Position numbers and translations under genes: made by a program. Of a stretch of 64,000 bases of DNA, positions 9,182-19,922 are shown one piece after another. Source of the DNA: an uncultured Gemmatimonadales bacterium (lineage in GTDB: Bacteria > Gemmatimonadota > Gemmatimonadetes > Longimicrobiales > RSA9); NCBI GenBank assembly GCA_963798085.1, contig CAWCRS010000005.1, positions 32,001 through 96,000 on the forward strand. Reading direction: 5' to 3'. The first letter of the stretch is position 1; each line of letters opens with the position of its first letter. The notes below the pieces were generated by a model. That model had not been told where the DNA came from and made no database searches. It was given only the letters and a program-made list of their open reading frames with translations.

Positions 9182-11289
9182 CAGGCGCCGCGGAAAGTGC
9201 GCAGCACTTCGCGCAGCGCCTCCGGCTCGCTGACCGGCGCGGCACACGCGCGGTCGGCACACACGTACGCACGCGGGCGCTCGCGCGTCACCATGGCACG
9301 CAGCGCCTCCGGCAGTGACGCCGCATCCACGGTTGCCGCAGCAATCAGGCGAACCACCGTGCGCGGGCGAGCGGTGCGCAGCGCGGCCCGCAATAACACG
9401 CTGTCAGCGGGAGCGGCGTCGTCGACGACGATCACGGTGGTGACGGGCAGAACGGCCCAGGCCAGGGCCTTGTGGTACGTGGCGGCCGCGCTCTGCAGTC
9501 GAGCGGCGGAGCCGGCGAAGGCACGCAGCACGCCTTCCGCCAGATCGCGCGGCTCGTCGTCGCCAGTGATTTCGGCAAGACGCAGCAGCGCCAGCGCCGC
9601 GGCGCCGTTGCCCGAGGGCGTGGGCGAATCCGCGATAGGCAGTACCACGCGGTCGAGGGTGCGCACCGGTGCGGAGCCGGCGGGCCGGTCGCGGAACGCA
9701 CCGCTGGCGGCTTCGCGGAACCGTTGCGCCAGCACAGCTGCGAGCTGCTGCGCGCGTTGCAGGTGAACACTCTGCTGCGTCAGCTCGAACGCGTCGAGCA
9801 GGGCGAGCAGCAGGAAGGCCTGATCCTCGAGCACCTCGCCGCTCCCGGCATCCGCCACACGGTGGCGCACGCCGCGAGTCGTGTCGAAGCCTTCGTCCCA
9901 GACGCGATCGAGGGCCCGCAGCGCCGCCTCGCCCGCCTGCGCATTGTCGAGATAGCGTGCAGCGGCGAGGTGACCGGAAATGACGAGAGCGGTCCAGCCT
10001 GCATAGAGCGAAGTGTCCACGAACGGGGCGGGACGGCGGTCACGCTCCGCCTTCAGCGCGCCCCGTGCGCGGTCGAGAATCGCGCGGGCCTCGGCAGCGG
10101 GCGTCCCCAGCGCTTCGCCGAGCTGCGCATCCTCGAGGGCCCGGAACAGCACGTGACGACTCGCGTCGACGTGCATCGAGCTGGCCGGGTCCTCGAGACC
10201 GTACGCCAGACGGACCGCCTCGAATTCCACGCCGGCGCCCAGCACAGCGCCGACTTCCGCCTCGGTCCACGTCCAGTAATCCCCGTCATCGGTCGCACTG
10301 AAATCGGCATCCTGCGATGCGGGGAAGCCGCCCTCTGCGAGCAGGGCGGGCGCCACGTCGACGTAATGCTGCACGATGCCGCTCGCCACTTCCGCAAAGA
10401 ACGGATCCGACAGTGCGCTCGCGGCCGCGGCATAGCTGGCCAGAAGCGGCCCGTTGTCGTACGCCATCTTCTCGAAGTGGGGAATGATCCAGCGCGCATC
10501 CGTGGCATAGCGATGGAACCCGCCACCCAGCTGATCGAAAATGCCGCCGCGGCCCATGGCGTTCAGGGTCTCGACGACAATGCGGCGGGCCCAGTCCGTG
10601 CCCCGTTCGAGCCAGGCGTCGAGCAGCAGATCAATGCCGCCGGGGTTGGGGAACTTGGGCGAGCGGCCGAAGCCGCCGTACCGGAAGTCGAAGGCGTTGG
10701 CCAGCTCTTCGAGCGTATCGTCGATCAGCTCGACGCGCAGCTCGCCGGATTGCGTCTCGGCCTGCGCATGTTCTTCGATGCGCGTGTTGATGCCGGCCAC
10801 GGCCTCGCTGGCGCGGCGGCGATCGTCTTTCCAGACGCGCGCCACTTCGAGCAGGACGCGCCGGAACGAGGGCCTGCCGTAGCTGTCAATGGGCGGGAAG
10901 TAGGTGCCGCCATAGAACACGTCGCCCTCCGGCGTGAGGAAGGCGGTGAGCGGCCAGCCGCCCTGCCCGGTCAGCACCTGGACGGCGCGCTGGTAGCGCG
11001 CATCCACATCGGGCCGGGCGTCGCGGTCCACCTTGATGGGCACAAACAGCCTGTTAATGAGCGCGGCGGTCTCCGCATCCTCGTAGCTTTCCCGGTCCAT
11101 CACGTGGCACCAGTGGCACCACACCGCGCCGATGTCGAGCAGCACCGGGCGATCGCCGGCACGCGCCTCCTCGAAGGCTGCCTCGCCCCAGGGCCACCAG
11201 TGCACGGGCTGGGTCGCGCCGTGCCGCAGGAACGGACTGCCTTCGCCGGCCAGGCGCTGGCCGCCGGTCACGCCATCCGGGCCGGTCAT
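9181..11289 (-). CDS. Thioredoxin-domain protein, YyaL/SPATA20 (DUF255) family
   Basis: SPFLRH, WCHWCHVMDRESYED, GGWPLTAFL, PHFEKMAYDN. Confidence 0.93.
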   Translation of the reverse strand: MTGPDGVTGGQRLAGEGSPFLRHGATQPVHWWPWGEAAFEEARAGDRPVLLDIGAVWCHWCHVMDRESYEDAETAALINRLFVPIKVDRDARPDVDARYQRAVQVLTGQGGWPLTAFLTPEGDVFYGGTYFPPIDSYGRPSFRRVLLEVARVWKDDRRRASEAVAGINTRIEEHAQAETQSGELRVELIDDTLEELANAFDFRYGGFGRSPKFPNPGGIDLLLDAWLERGTDWARRIVVETLNAMGRGGIFDQLGGGFHRYATDARWIIPHFEKMAYDNGPLLASYAAAASALSDPFFAEVASGIVQHYVDVAPALLAEGGFPASQDADFSATDDGDYWTWTEAEVGAVLGAGVEFEAVRLAYGLEDPASSMHVDASRHVLFRALEDAQLGEALGTPAAEARAILDRARGALKAERDRRPAPFVDTSLYAGWTALVISGHLAAARYLDNAQAGEAALRALDRVWDEGFDTTRGVRHRVADAGSGEVLEDQAFLLLALLDAFELTQQSVHLQRAQQLAAVLAQRFREAASGAFRDRPAGSAPVRTLDRVVLPIADSPTPSGNGAAALALLRLAEITGDDEPRDLAEGVLRAFAGSAARLQSAAATYHKALAWAVLPVTTVIVVDDAAPADSVLLRAALRTARPRTVVRLIAAATVDAASLPEALRAMVTRERPRAYVCADRACAAPVSEPEALREVLRTFRGA

Positions 11290-12014
11290 ACGCGCGAGCC
11301 GGGGCAGATGTCGGACAGTACGCAGACCTCGCAGCGCGGGCGACCTGCGCGGCACACGGCGCGGCCGTGCAGGATGAGCGTATGCGACAGCACGGTCCAG
11401 TCGGCACGCGGATAGAGTTTCAGCAGATCCTGCTCGATCTTCACGGCATCGCGCTCGCGCGTGAGTCCGAGCAGGCGCGAGAGGCGGGTCACGTGGGTGT
11501 CCACGACGACGCCCTCGTTGCGGCCGAAGGCCGTTCCTAACACGACATTCGCGGTCTTGCGGCCCACGCCCGGCAGCGACACCAGTTCCTCCATGCTGTC
11601 CGGGATGACGCCCGCGAAGCGGTCCACCACGGCGTTGGCCATGCCCAGCAGGCTCTTCGTCTTGTTGCGAAAGAAGCCGGTGGAGCGGATCTGCTGCTCG
11701 AGGTCCGCGCGGCGGGCGTGCGCCAGATCGAGCGGCGTCGGGTAGCGGCGGAAGAGAGCGGGCGTGACCTGATTCACGCGCTCATCCGTGCATTGCGCGG
11801 AGAGGATGGTGGCAACCAGCAGCTCGTAAGGATCGTGGAAGCGGAGCGCTGTAGTGGCGGCCGGGTATTCCGGGCGCAGTCGCTCGAGGATCTCCGCGGC
11901 GCGCGCATGTTTCTGCGCGCGTGTCTCGCGGACGGCACGGCGGGCCGGCTTTCGGGCGGCCGTCTTCCTGCGTGTGCGCTGCTTCGCCGTGGAAGCCCGC
12001 TTGGCCTTCGCCAT
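11286..12014 (-). CDS. nth: Endonuclease III
   Basis: LVATILSAQCTDERVN, HhH motif LPGVGRKTANVV, VDTHV, 4Fe-4S motif C-x6-C-x2-C-x5-C. Confidence 0.95.
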   Translation of the reverse strand: MAKAKRASTAKQRTRRKTAARKPARRAVRETRAQKHARAAEILERLRPEYPAATTALRFHDPYELLVATILSAQCTDERVNQVTPALFRRYPTPLDLAHARRADLEQQIRSTGFFRNKTKSLLGMANAVVDRFAGVIPDSMEELVSLPGVGRKTANVVLGTAFGRNEGVVVDTHVTRLSRLLGLTRERDAVKIEQDLLKLYPRADWTVLSHTLILHGRAVCRAGRPRCEVCVLSDICPGSRV

Positions 12015-12016
12015 GG

Positions 12017-12850
12017 TCAATCCTTCAGCGTCACCAGACTCGCCGGCAGACTCGAGGCTGGCAGCTCGTGTGTGGAGCCGGAACTCGTGGGTGGTGTCAC
12101 GCGGGGCGTGGTCACCGCCGCGCGCTGCGTCGCAATGTAGTGGAACACGCGCGAGGCCAGTTTCAGCGCTTCGGCCACGGACACAATGCCGAAAAGACCA
12201 CTCAATTCTCCACCCGGCAACCGGTTCGTGAAATCGGGTTCATCCGGGCGGGCCTCGAGGTCAGCCCAGTGGCCGGGCGCGGGCGCAGGCAGAGACGCGC
12301 CTGCTTCCAGTATGCTGAAACCCGGCCGCAGCGCATTCATGCCGAGCACGAGCAGCAGATCGAGACGCGTGCCGGCACCTGCGTCCTGGTCTGTCGTCCA
12401 GAAGAAGCCATCCACGGGCTCGGCCGGCGCCTCCGCGTGCACCCTCGCCCAGAGCAGGTTGCGCGGCAGCTGCACGTACCCCGCGGGATGCGGCGCTGCC
12501 AGGTCCCATTCCCCGATGGGTGGAAGCGCACCCAGCAGATGGCGCGTGAGCGGCCCGTCGAGCACGAACAGACGCAGGCCCCAGCTCCAGAACTGCCACG
12601 CCTGAAAGAGCACGCGGCCATAGTCGTGCACGGCCTCAGGTGGTGGCAGCGTCGCCTCGCCGGCCCGCACTTCCGCGTCACCCGGGCGCAATTCACGGAG
12701 TGTCCGGCCCACGGTGCCGAGCATCAGGAACGCATCGGGCGAGGCGGCGCTGGTGCCGGCCGCTTCTGCGCGGATCGCGGGGAACAGCTCGGCCTGGAAT
12801 TGGGTGCTGCTGAACGCCAACTCGTAGGGCGTCAGGCGGGCGCCGCTCAT
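12017..12850 (-). CDS. Hypothetical protein
   Basis: Protein-like ORF (MSGARLTPYEL...YVQLPRNLLW...PVDGFFW...EALKL) packed in an operon with nth. Confidence 0.7.
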   Translation of the reverse strand: MSGARLTPYELAFSSTQFQAELFPAIRAEAAGTSAASPDAFLMLGTVGRTLRELRPGDAEVRAGEATLPPPEAVHDYGRVLFQAWQFWSWGLRLFVLDGPLTRHLLGALPPIGEWDLAAPHPAGYVQLPRNLLWARVHAEAPAEPVDGFFWTTDQDAGAGTRLDLLLVLGMNALRPGFSILEAGASLPAPAPGHWADLEARPDEPDFTNRLPGGELSGLFGIVSVAEALKLASRVFHYIATQRAAVTTPRVTPPTSSGSTHELPASSLPASLVTLKD

Positions 12851-12896
12851 GGGAGGGAGTCGCAGAGCGGAAGCGTCGAACGCACGGGGGCGTGCA

Positions 12897-13598
12897 CTAC
12901 TGCCTTTCTGCCCGAACCGTGTGTTGGGCCACGCGGGCGCCGCCCCGGCCCAGCAGCTCGCCCAGGCGGGCGCGCAGTGAGCGCGTGCGCACGCGCACCA
13001 GACACAGATCGTCGGGCGCCCCGGCCACGCCCTTTTCCACCGTGAGATACAGCACGTCCGCATCGCTCGCGGGCACGGCGACACGATAGCGCTGGCCCTG
13101 CCATTCGAATGCGCCCGAATCCTCGGGAATCTCGAAGAACCACGAATTCTCGAGGCGATACCAGCCGCCGGCCTCGCGTTCACCGAGACGGTAGAAGTAC
13201 GGCGCGAAGCTGTCACCATCGAGTCGCCGGAAATTCTCCTCCACGGCCGCATCCACATTACCCAGGGCATCCTGCGCGACGAGCGCTTCCAGATGATGCT
13301 GCAACTCGTGCGTGAGCGTTTCCCAGACCTCGGCCTGCCAGTCGAACTGCTCATCCTCTGCGGCCAGACGGAGAAAGGAACCGTAGAACAGCACAACCGA
13401 GGAGCGGATGGTCTCGGGGCCGTCGAATGAGGAAGGCCAGGTTTCGGTGCGGCATTCGCCGAGAGTGTACACGTCGGGCGAACGCGCATCCACCAGCGCG
13501 TCGCGTTCCACCACGAGGGCATCGATACCGGCCCGGTAATCGACCGGTATCCGATGCCACTCGTGGCGCGCCAGCGACTCGAACTCGTCGTACTTCAG
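12897..13598 (-). CDS. Minimal zincin-like metallopeptidase family protein
   Basis: YTLGEC, VLFYGSF, TLTHELQHH (HExxH); the frame extends upstream to a CTG at 13598, so the start is uncertain. Confidence 0.75.
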   Translation of the reverse strand: MKYDEFESLARHEWHRIPVDYRAGIDALVVERDALVDARSPDVYTLGECRTETWPSSFDGPETIRSSVVLFYGSFLRLAAEDEQFDWQAEVWETLTHELQHHLEALVAQDALGNVDAAVEENFRRLDGDSFAPYFYRLGEREAGGWYRLENSWFFEIPEDSGAFEWQGQRYRVAVPASDADVLYLTVEKGVAGAPDDLCLVRVRTRSLRARLGELLGRGGARVAQHTVRAERQ

Positions 13599-13604
13599 TG
13601 TGCC

Positions 13605-15171
13605 TCAGGGGATGGAAGGCAGAGTCTCTCCTTCGGGCGGCATGCTGCGGTCCACATCCGGGTTCGTGCGCCGCACCATCCAGCCGTTGAGCAGGAACAG
13701 CGCGGTGCCCGCGACCAGGAACTGGACCACCATGTTGGCGATGCCGAACGCGCCCCACGGATTCTCGTTGCGCACGTTTATGAACCACCACACCACGAGG
13801 ACAACGGCCTCGAGCACGACGAGCCGGATGACCCATTCCCAGATGACACCCACGTGGATGTCGGCGTCGGGTGTGTTGACCAGCGTGTCGCGGAATCGTC
13901 TAACCCCGTATTTCAGGACCGCCATGGCGAAGAAGAACCCGGAAATCATGAGACCCACGCCCCATACGAAGTCCTGGTTGCTGAACACGTCGCGGTTGAG
14001 CGCGGAAGGCACGCCCAGCAGGAAGCCGAGGATGCCCACGACGCCAATGGCGCGGGCGCGCGCCATGCCGCCATCCATCAGCACGCGCACGGTCAGCTCG
14101 ATCATGGAAATGAGGCTGGTCCACGCGGCGAAGAACAGCGCAAGGAAGAACAGGATCATGAAGAAGCGGCCCGCGGGCATGCGCGCGAAGAGCTGCGGCA
14201 CCCAGGTGAAGGTCAGACCTTCATTGCCGGCGCCCACGATGGCACCGCGGATCATGTCAGGCGTGAGCTGCTGTCCATTGCGCACGGCGTCCGCCAGCGC
14301 GGGAAACGCGGACAGCGAGTCGGGCTGTGCCGAGAGACTGGACGCGAGCTGCGGCACCACGGAGAACACGGTGCACAGCACCATGATGCCGGCCAGCAGC
14401 GACACGGTGTTGTTGCCGAAGCCCAGCATGAAGGAATTGAGCACGGTGTCTTCATGCCGGCGCATGTAGATGGCGTAGGTGAGCACGAGACCCCAGCCGG
14501 CGCCGGTGTCCCAGGCGTTCTGCGTGAGCGCTTCCAGCCAGACCTTGGGATGCGCGAGATCGCCCCAGTGCGGCGTAAACAGGAAGTTGAGACCGTGCTG
14601 TGCGCCCGGCAGGGTCACCGCCCGCACGGCCAGCACGATCACGAGCACGAAAAGCGAAGGGATCAGGATCTTCGTGGCCGCTTCAATGCCTTTCACGCCG
14701 CGCGCCACGACCACAATGCCCAGGCCGAAGGCAATGGCCTGATAGAACACGGCCGTCGGCGTGTACGCGAAGCGCTCCCACAACGCGCCCGGCCGTTCCG
14801 CGCCGATCTGGCCCAGCACGGACGCCACCGTGTAGCGGATGGTCCACCCGGCAACCACGGCGTAGTAGAACATGATGGCGATGGCAGTCCAGGCCACCCA
14901 CGCGCCCAGCCACGCGTACTTCCTGCCCATGATGCGTGCGAACGAGCCGACTGTGCCGTAGCGCGTGAATTTGCCGAGCGCGAATTCCACGAGGATCAGC
15001 GGCACGGACCAGATGAGCAGGAACACGACCCAGGCGACCAGGAAGGCGCCGCCGCCGTTGTTCGCGACAATGCGTGGGAAACGCCAGAATGTTGCCCGTA
15101 CCCACCGCCATGCCCAGCATGGCCAGCATCATGCCCCAGCGACTGGAGAAATGCTCCTGGTTCTTTGCCAC
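13605..15171 (-). CDS. Sodium-dependent transporter (NSS/SNF family); frameshift near 15090
   Basis: LGMAVGTGNI(W)RFP..NGGGAFL signature, LTQNAWDTGAGWG, FFAAWTSLISM; many TM helices. Confidence 0.9.
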
Positions 15172-15215
15172 TCCTCCTCCTGTGTCGAGCGCCCTTCGCC
15201 GGGGTAGCGGACCGC

Positions 15216-16550
15216 TCAGACTTTCGGGTTGGCGATACGTTCGCGGATGTAGTTGACGACGTGATCCGTGCCGATGCGCTCCTGGCGCAGGGTATCACGG
15301 TCGCGCACGGTGACGGTGCCGTCTTCCAGCGATTGTCCGTCCACCGTGATGGCCCAGGGCGTGCCCGCCTCGTCCTGCCTGCGGTAGCGCCGGCCGATGG
15401 AGCCGCCATCGTCGAAAAACGAATTGAGGCCGGCATTGCGCAGCGCGCGATGCACATTGCGCGCGATTTCCGGCATGCCCTCCTTGTTGACCAGCGGAAA
15501 AACGGCTGCCTTGATGGGTGCCAGGCGGGGGTGCAGCGCGAGGACGACGCGGGTTTCGCCTTCGAGCGCCTCTTCGCGATACGCATCCACCAGCGCCACC
15601 AGCATGGTGCGACCGACGCCGACGGCGGTCTCGACGACGTACGGCAGGAAGCGTTTGTTGCGATCGACGGGATCGACGTACTCGAGCTTCTTCCCCGAAT
15701 ACTCCTGGTGGCGCCGCAGATCGAAGTCCGTGCGATTGTGAATGCCTTCGAATTCCTGCCAGCCGAAGGGAAACTCGTACTGTATGTCGAACGCGCGTTT
15801 GGCGTAATGTGCCAGCTCATCCTTGCCATGCTCGTGGAAGCGCAGCCTGGAGGGCGTGATGCCCAGGTCCTGAACGAACGCCATGCGCTGCGCGCGCCAG
15901 TACTCGAACCACTCTTCGTCACTACCCGGCTCGACGAAGAACTGCATTTCCATCTGCTCGAATTCACGCGTACGGAAGATGAAGTTGCCGGGTGTGATCT
16001 CGTTGCGGAACGCCTTGCCGATCTGCGCAATGCCGAAGGGAATGCGCTGGCGCGCGGCGTTGAGCACGTTCAGGAAGTTGACGTAGCTGCCCTGCGCGGT
16101 TTCGGGCCGCAGATAGACCACGGCCGCGTCCTCTTCGACGGCGCCCATGAAGGTCTTGAACATGAGATTGAACAGGCGCGGCTCGGTGAAGCTGTTGCGC
16201 GCGCCGCACACGGGGCATTGCCCTGTCGCCAGCTCCGGCGCATCGGCGCGGAAGCGGCGATGGCAGTTGCTGCACTCGACCAGCGGGTCCGTGAAGCCGG
16301 CCACGTGCCCGCTGGCTTCCCAGACGCGCGGATTCATGAGGATGGAGGCGTCGAGGCCCTCGATGTCGTCGCGTGCCAGCACCATCTCCCGCCACCACGC
16401 TTCCTTGACATTGTGCTGCAACTCGACCCCGAGCGGGCCGTAATCCCAGACGGACCCGGTGCCGCCATAGATCTCGGACGTCTGAAATACATAGCCTCGC
16501 CGTTTGCAGAGCGAGACCAGCTTGTCCATCAGGTCGGATTCGTTGGCCAT
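15216..16550 (-). CDS. glyQS: Glycine--tRNA ligase (alpha2 type)
   Basis: YLRPETAQG, IGKAFRNEITPGNFIFRTREFEQME, SIGRRYRRQDEAGTP. Confidence 0.96.
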   Translation of the reverse strand: MANESDLMDKLVSLCKRRGYVFQTSEIYGGTGSVWDYGPLGVELQHNVKEAWWREMVLARDDIEGLDASILMNPRVWEASGHVAGFTDPLVECSNCHRRFRADAPELATGQCPVCGARNSFTEPRLFNLMFKTFMGAVEEDAAVVYLRPETAQGSYVNFLNVLNAARQRIPFGIAQIGKAFRNEITPGNFIFRTREFEQMEMQFFVEPGSDEEWFEYWRAQRMAFVQDLGITPSRLRFHEHGKDELAHYAKRAFDIQYEFPFGWQEFEGIHNRTDFDLRRHQEYSGKKLEYVDPVDRNKRFLPYVVETAVGVGRTMLVALVDAYREEALEGETRVVLALHPRLAPIKAAVFPLVNKEGMPEIARNVHRALRNAGLNSFFDDGGSIGRRYRRQDEAGTPWAITVDGQSLEDGTVTVRDRDTLRQERIGTDHVVNYIRERIANPKV

Positions 16551-16778
16551 GCCTGTTCGACTCTCGCCACCCTGTTATCGAGGCGCGGAAAGTAGGGGTG
16601 GGGCCGCGGCTCGAACAAGACAGGCGACAATGTCGAGTGGGATGGCAGGCGCAGCGCGGCCGGACGGCGAGGCGGGCCGGAACGCGATGACACTGCCGTT
16701 GGCGATCGCCACGGGGCGTGCCGATTCTCGCGATATCGATGATGCGTGCTGCACGGACCGGGTTTGGAGCTCCGGCCG

Positions 16779-17099
16779 TCAGGCGTGCGGGTGATGCCTC
16801 TCCATGGCGGCTTCCTCGGGCTGCGCGGACTGCACGCGGAAGATGCCCAGGCGCTGCGCCGTGGCGATGTAGCTGGCCCACACGGACACGCCGCCGAAAG
16901 CCAGCACGCCGATCAGACCGCCGCCCGCGGCAGTGCAGAGCGCACCCACCGCCAGCAGCGCAACCGCCACCGAGATCATCGCGTGATCCGTTCGCCCCTC
17001 ATGGAGCGAACGGGCACGCAGCGCGGCGAGGGCGGCGCCGCCCGCGGCGCACGCCACGAGCGCGATGAGAAGCAAGCCAGCGCGAACCCAGGGCGACAT
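16779..17099 (-). CDS. Small membrane hypothetical protein
   Basis: Three hydrophobic segments; lies between mlaD and glyQS on the same strand. Confidence 0.6.
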   Translation of the reverse strand: MSPWVRAGLLLIALVACAAGGAALAALRARSLHEGRTDHAMISVAVALLAVGALCTAAGGGLIGVLAFGGVSVWASYIATAQRLGIFRVQSAQPEEAAMERHHPHA

Positions 17100-17118
17100 G
17101 TGTCCTGCTCCGTGCGCC

Positions 17119-18009
17119 TCAGAAAATGCGGACGTTGATGTAGCGACTCGGACGCTCGCGAATGTCGGTCGCGAGCAGGCGGAACTCGTGCAATGTCTGA
17201 TGCAGCTCCATGTACATCGTCGAATCATTCACCAGCCGGCCCATGGTGCCCTGTCCGTGGTCGATCTTGGCCATGACGGACTGGAACGAGTCGAGCGAGC
17301 GCTCCATGCTGTTCGCGGCGGAGGTCAGTGCCTGCGCCGTCTTCTCGAATTCGCCGGTCGCCGCATCCAGCTGACCGAGTGCGCGGTTCACGGCATCACC
17401 CGTGTGCGCCTCCGCGAACTCGTCCGCCGTGCGGCGCAGCGAAACCGCGGCCTGACGCAACTGTACGAACGTCTCGCGCAGCTGCACCGCGCTGGCGGGC
17501 AACTCGGCAGCGGTAGCCTGCACGTTCCGCACCGCCTCGGACGAGAGCAGCGAATCCACGGTCCCCAGCACCGCCTTCGTCCGCGCACCGAGATCTGCAG
17601 CCAGCTCCGTGATCTGCGGAGAGGCGGCGCCGCGCAGCGTGTCCTTGTCCTCCAGGCGCAGCACCGCGATACCCGGCTGAAGCTGGACGGAATGCGCGCC
17701 GAAGACGTCGCCCATCACCGCCGCCTTCGTGTCCCGTGGCAGTGCCAGATCATCGCGCACGCGAATACCCACCACGACACCGCCGGAGGGATCGAGGTCC
17801 ACATTCTGTACCAGTCCGACGTCCACGCCGTTCACGAAGACGCGATCGCCTCGCTTCAGGCCGGCGCCATTCTGCATCGCGATGGTCAGGTCGAGTCCAC
17901 CTGTGAGCAGCGGATTGCCGAGCAGATAGTAGAGGCCCCAGAAGAAAACCACGGTGGCGATCACCACCAGCAGTCCGAGAGCCGTAATGTTGCGCTTGCG
18001 TTTGTCCAT
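17119..18009 (-). CDS. mlaD: MlaD/MCE-family protein
   Basis: N-terminal TM, GLKRGDRVFVNGVDVG MCE motif, helical tail GQGTMGRLVND...DIRERPSRYINVRIF. Confidence 0.88.
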   Translation of the reverse strand: MDKRKRNITALGLLVVIATVVFFWGLYYLLGNPLLTGGLDLTIAMQNGAGLKRGDRVFVNGVDVGLVQNVDLDPSGGVVVGIRVRDDLALPRDTKAAVMGDVFGAHSVQLQPGIAVLRLEDKDTLRGAASPQITELAADLGARTKAVLGTVDSLLSSEAVRNVQATAAELPASAVQLRETFVQLRQAAVSLRRTADEFAEAHTGDAVNRALGQLDAATGEFEKTAQALTSAANSMERSLDSFQSVMAKIDHGQGTMGRLVNDSTMYMELHQTLHEFRLLATDIRERPSRYINVRIF

Positions 18010-18038
18010 TTTGCCGAATCCCGTCCCGTTCCCGCGGC

Positions 18039-18794
18039 CTAGTGAGCCGCCGCCGATTCCATGATTTTGGTCCTGCGCACGAATTTCTGCACGACAGGAT
18101 CCTCGCTCGCCATGATCTCGGCCGGCGACGCATTCGCGCGAATCTTTCCCTCGTACAACAGCGCGATGTGATCGCCGACATCGAACGTGGTATCGAGGTC
18201 GTGCGTCACTACAATGCTGGTAACGCCGAGGCTCCGGCCGAGATCGAAAATGAGCTGGTCAATGTTGTCCGCGTTCACCGGATCCAGCCCCGTCGTCGGC
18301 TCATCCCACAACAGATAACGCGGCCGGCTGGCAATGGCGCGCGCTACAGCGACGCGCTTGCGCATGCCGCCCGACAATTCGGCCGGGTGTTTGGTGAGCA
18401 CGTCCGCTGTCAGGTTCACTCTGGCCAGCAGCTCCAGGGCATCTTCACGCAGGTCCCGGACCGACGTCGTGCTGGTTTCATCCACCTGCGCCAACGCCAG
18501 ATTCTCGGCAACCGTGAGCGAGTCGAACAACGCCGCGTTCTGGAACACGTACCCCAGATTGCGGCGCACGCGCTTCAACTCCTCCGGTGTGGCGCGCGAG
18601 ATGGCAATGCCGTCCACGATCACGTCGCCCTCATCCGGCTCGAGCAGCCCAATGGCGTGTTTCAGCAGCACGCTCTTGCCGCTGCCCGAGGGCCCCAGCA
18701 ACGCCAGCGTCTGCCCCTCTTCCACGGTGAGATTCACACCGCGCAGGACCTCGAGCGCGCCGAACGACTTGTGCAGGTTGCGGTACTCGATCAT
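18039..18794 (-). CDS. mlaF: ABC transporter ATP-binding protein, MlaF family
   Basis: GPSGSGKS, LSGGMRKRVA, DEPTTGLDP. Confidence 0.9.
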   Translation of the reverse strand: MIEYRNLHKSFGALEVLRGVNLTVEEGQTLALLGPSGSGKSVLLKHAIGLLEPDEGDVIVDGIAISRATPEELKRVRRNLGYVFQNAALFDSLTVAENLALAQVDETSTTSVRDLREDALELLARVNLTADVLTKHPAELSGGMRKRVAVARAIASRPRYLLWDEPTTGLDPVNADNIDQLIFDLGRSLGVTSIVVTHDLDTTFDVGDHIALLYEGKIRANASPAEIMASEDPVVQKFVRRTKIMESAAAH

Positions 18795-18835
18795 TGGCAC
18801 CCGGGCGTTGTGGTTCGAACAGAATCCGGAGAAGC

Positions 18836-18887
18836 GTTTCTCGGGCTGGGGCTCGCGCTGGTTGCTTGGGAACGGCAACCACGGATC
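18836..18887 (+). repeat. Dispersed repeat, copy B (internally shortened)
   Basis: Same 5' end (GTTTCTCGGGCTGGGGCT) and 3' end (GCTGGTTGCT(T/C)GGGAACGGC..ACGGATC) as copy A. Confidence 0.7.
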
Positions 18888-19054
18888 GGGCGACCCGCGG
18901 CTCCAGATTCCGCGCGCGTCCTTTCGATCCCCGCCACGTCATGGCTCGTGCCGTCGGTTTGACGACGCGCATGTTCTACCCGCACGCAGGCGTAAGATTC
19001 AATTCCGGGCAAGGCGGTTCGGTTTCAGCAGGGGCAAGCGTCAGAGGTGCGGCT

Positions 19055-19145
19055 CCGTTCCCGGGCAACCAGCCCCGGCAGCCAGCCCGAGCAACGCAGT
19101 CGTTCTGTTGATGCCGTTCCCGGCCCCAGCCCGAGCCCCAGAAAC
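19055..19145 (-). repeat. Dispersed repeat, copy C (inverted relative to B)
   Basis: Reverse complement reads GTTTCTGGGGCTCGGGCTGGGGCCGGGAACGGC...GCTCGGGCTGGCTGCCGGGGCTGGTTGCCCGGGAACGG. Confidence 0.75.
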
Positions 19146-19157
19146 GCGGTTTCCGGT

Positions 19158-19922
19158 TCAGAACGCCTTCAGCAATGGGACCAGCAAGACATCGAGCGCC
19201 ATGAGAATGATGGTGGTGAGCACGACGGCGGTGGTGGTGGCGCGACCTACGCCTTCGGCGCCGCCTTTGCCTTCGAGGCCGACGAAGCAGGCGATGAAGG
19301 TGATGGCGAGTCCGAAGAGGCCGCCCTTGATGACGGAGAAGAAGAGCGGCCAGGGGCGGAAGTAGAAGCGCATGCCGTAGATCACGTCGGCAGATGTCAG
19401 CCCTTTCACGGCGAGCAGGCCGACGAACCAGCCGGCGGCCATGCCCATGGCGTCGGACAGGACGGTGAGTGGCGGGAACACGAGCAGGCCGGCCACGACG
19501 CGGGGTGCGACCAGGAACGCGACCGGGTCACGGCCCATGGCGTACAGCGCATCGATCTGCTCGGTCACCTTCATGGAAGCCAGTTCCGCGGCAATGGCGG
19601 CGCCAATGCGGGCCATCATCACGATGCCCATGAGCAGCGGGCCCAGCTCGGTGATCACGCTGGCGGCCAGAACGCTGCCCACCACCCAGAGGGGCAGGCC
19701 TCCGGTGAATTGCGCGCCGGTCTGCTGTGAAGTGACCGCGCCGCCGAGGAACGCCATGAAGAGAACCAGTGGCAGCGAGGCGATGCCCATCACATAGGCC
19801 TGCTGCAGGGCCGCATTGATGTAGAGGCGAGGCCGGGGCAGCACCTTGAATGTCTGCCAGAGCATCACCGTGGCGCGACCGATCCAGTTGAGAACAGCAG
19901 CCAGCAGCGCGCCAATGCTCAC
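19158..19922 (-). CDS. mlaE: ABC transporter permease, MlaE family
   Basis: ELGPLLMGIVMMARIGAAIAAELASMKVTEQIDAL, GGAEGVGRATTTAVV. Confidence 0.92.
   Translation of the reverse strand: MSIGALLAAVLNWIGRATVMLWQTFKVLPRPRLYINAALQQAYVMGIASLPLVLFMAFLGGAVTSQQTGAQFTGGLPLWVVGSVLAASVITELGPLLMGIVMMARIGAAIAAELASMKVTEQIDALYAMGRDPVAFLVAPRVVAGLLVFPPLTVLSDAMGMAAGWFVGLLAVKGLTSADVIYGMRFYFRPWPLFFSVIKGGLFGLAITFIACFVGLEGKGGAEGVGRATTTAVVLTTIILMALDVLLVPLLKAF

Noticed and set aside
7730..16595. Long plus-strand ORFs (e.g. 7730-9766, 9472-11415, 13554-16595)
   Set aside because: These are antisense shadows of well-supported minus-strand genes in high-GC DNA, with Arg/Ala-rich translations lacking motifs.
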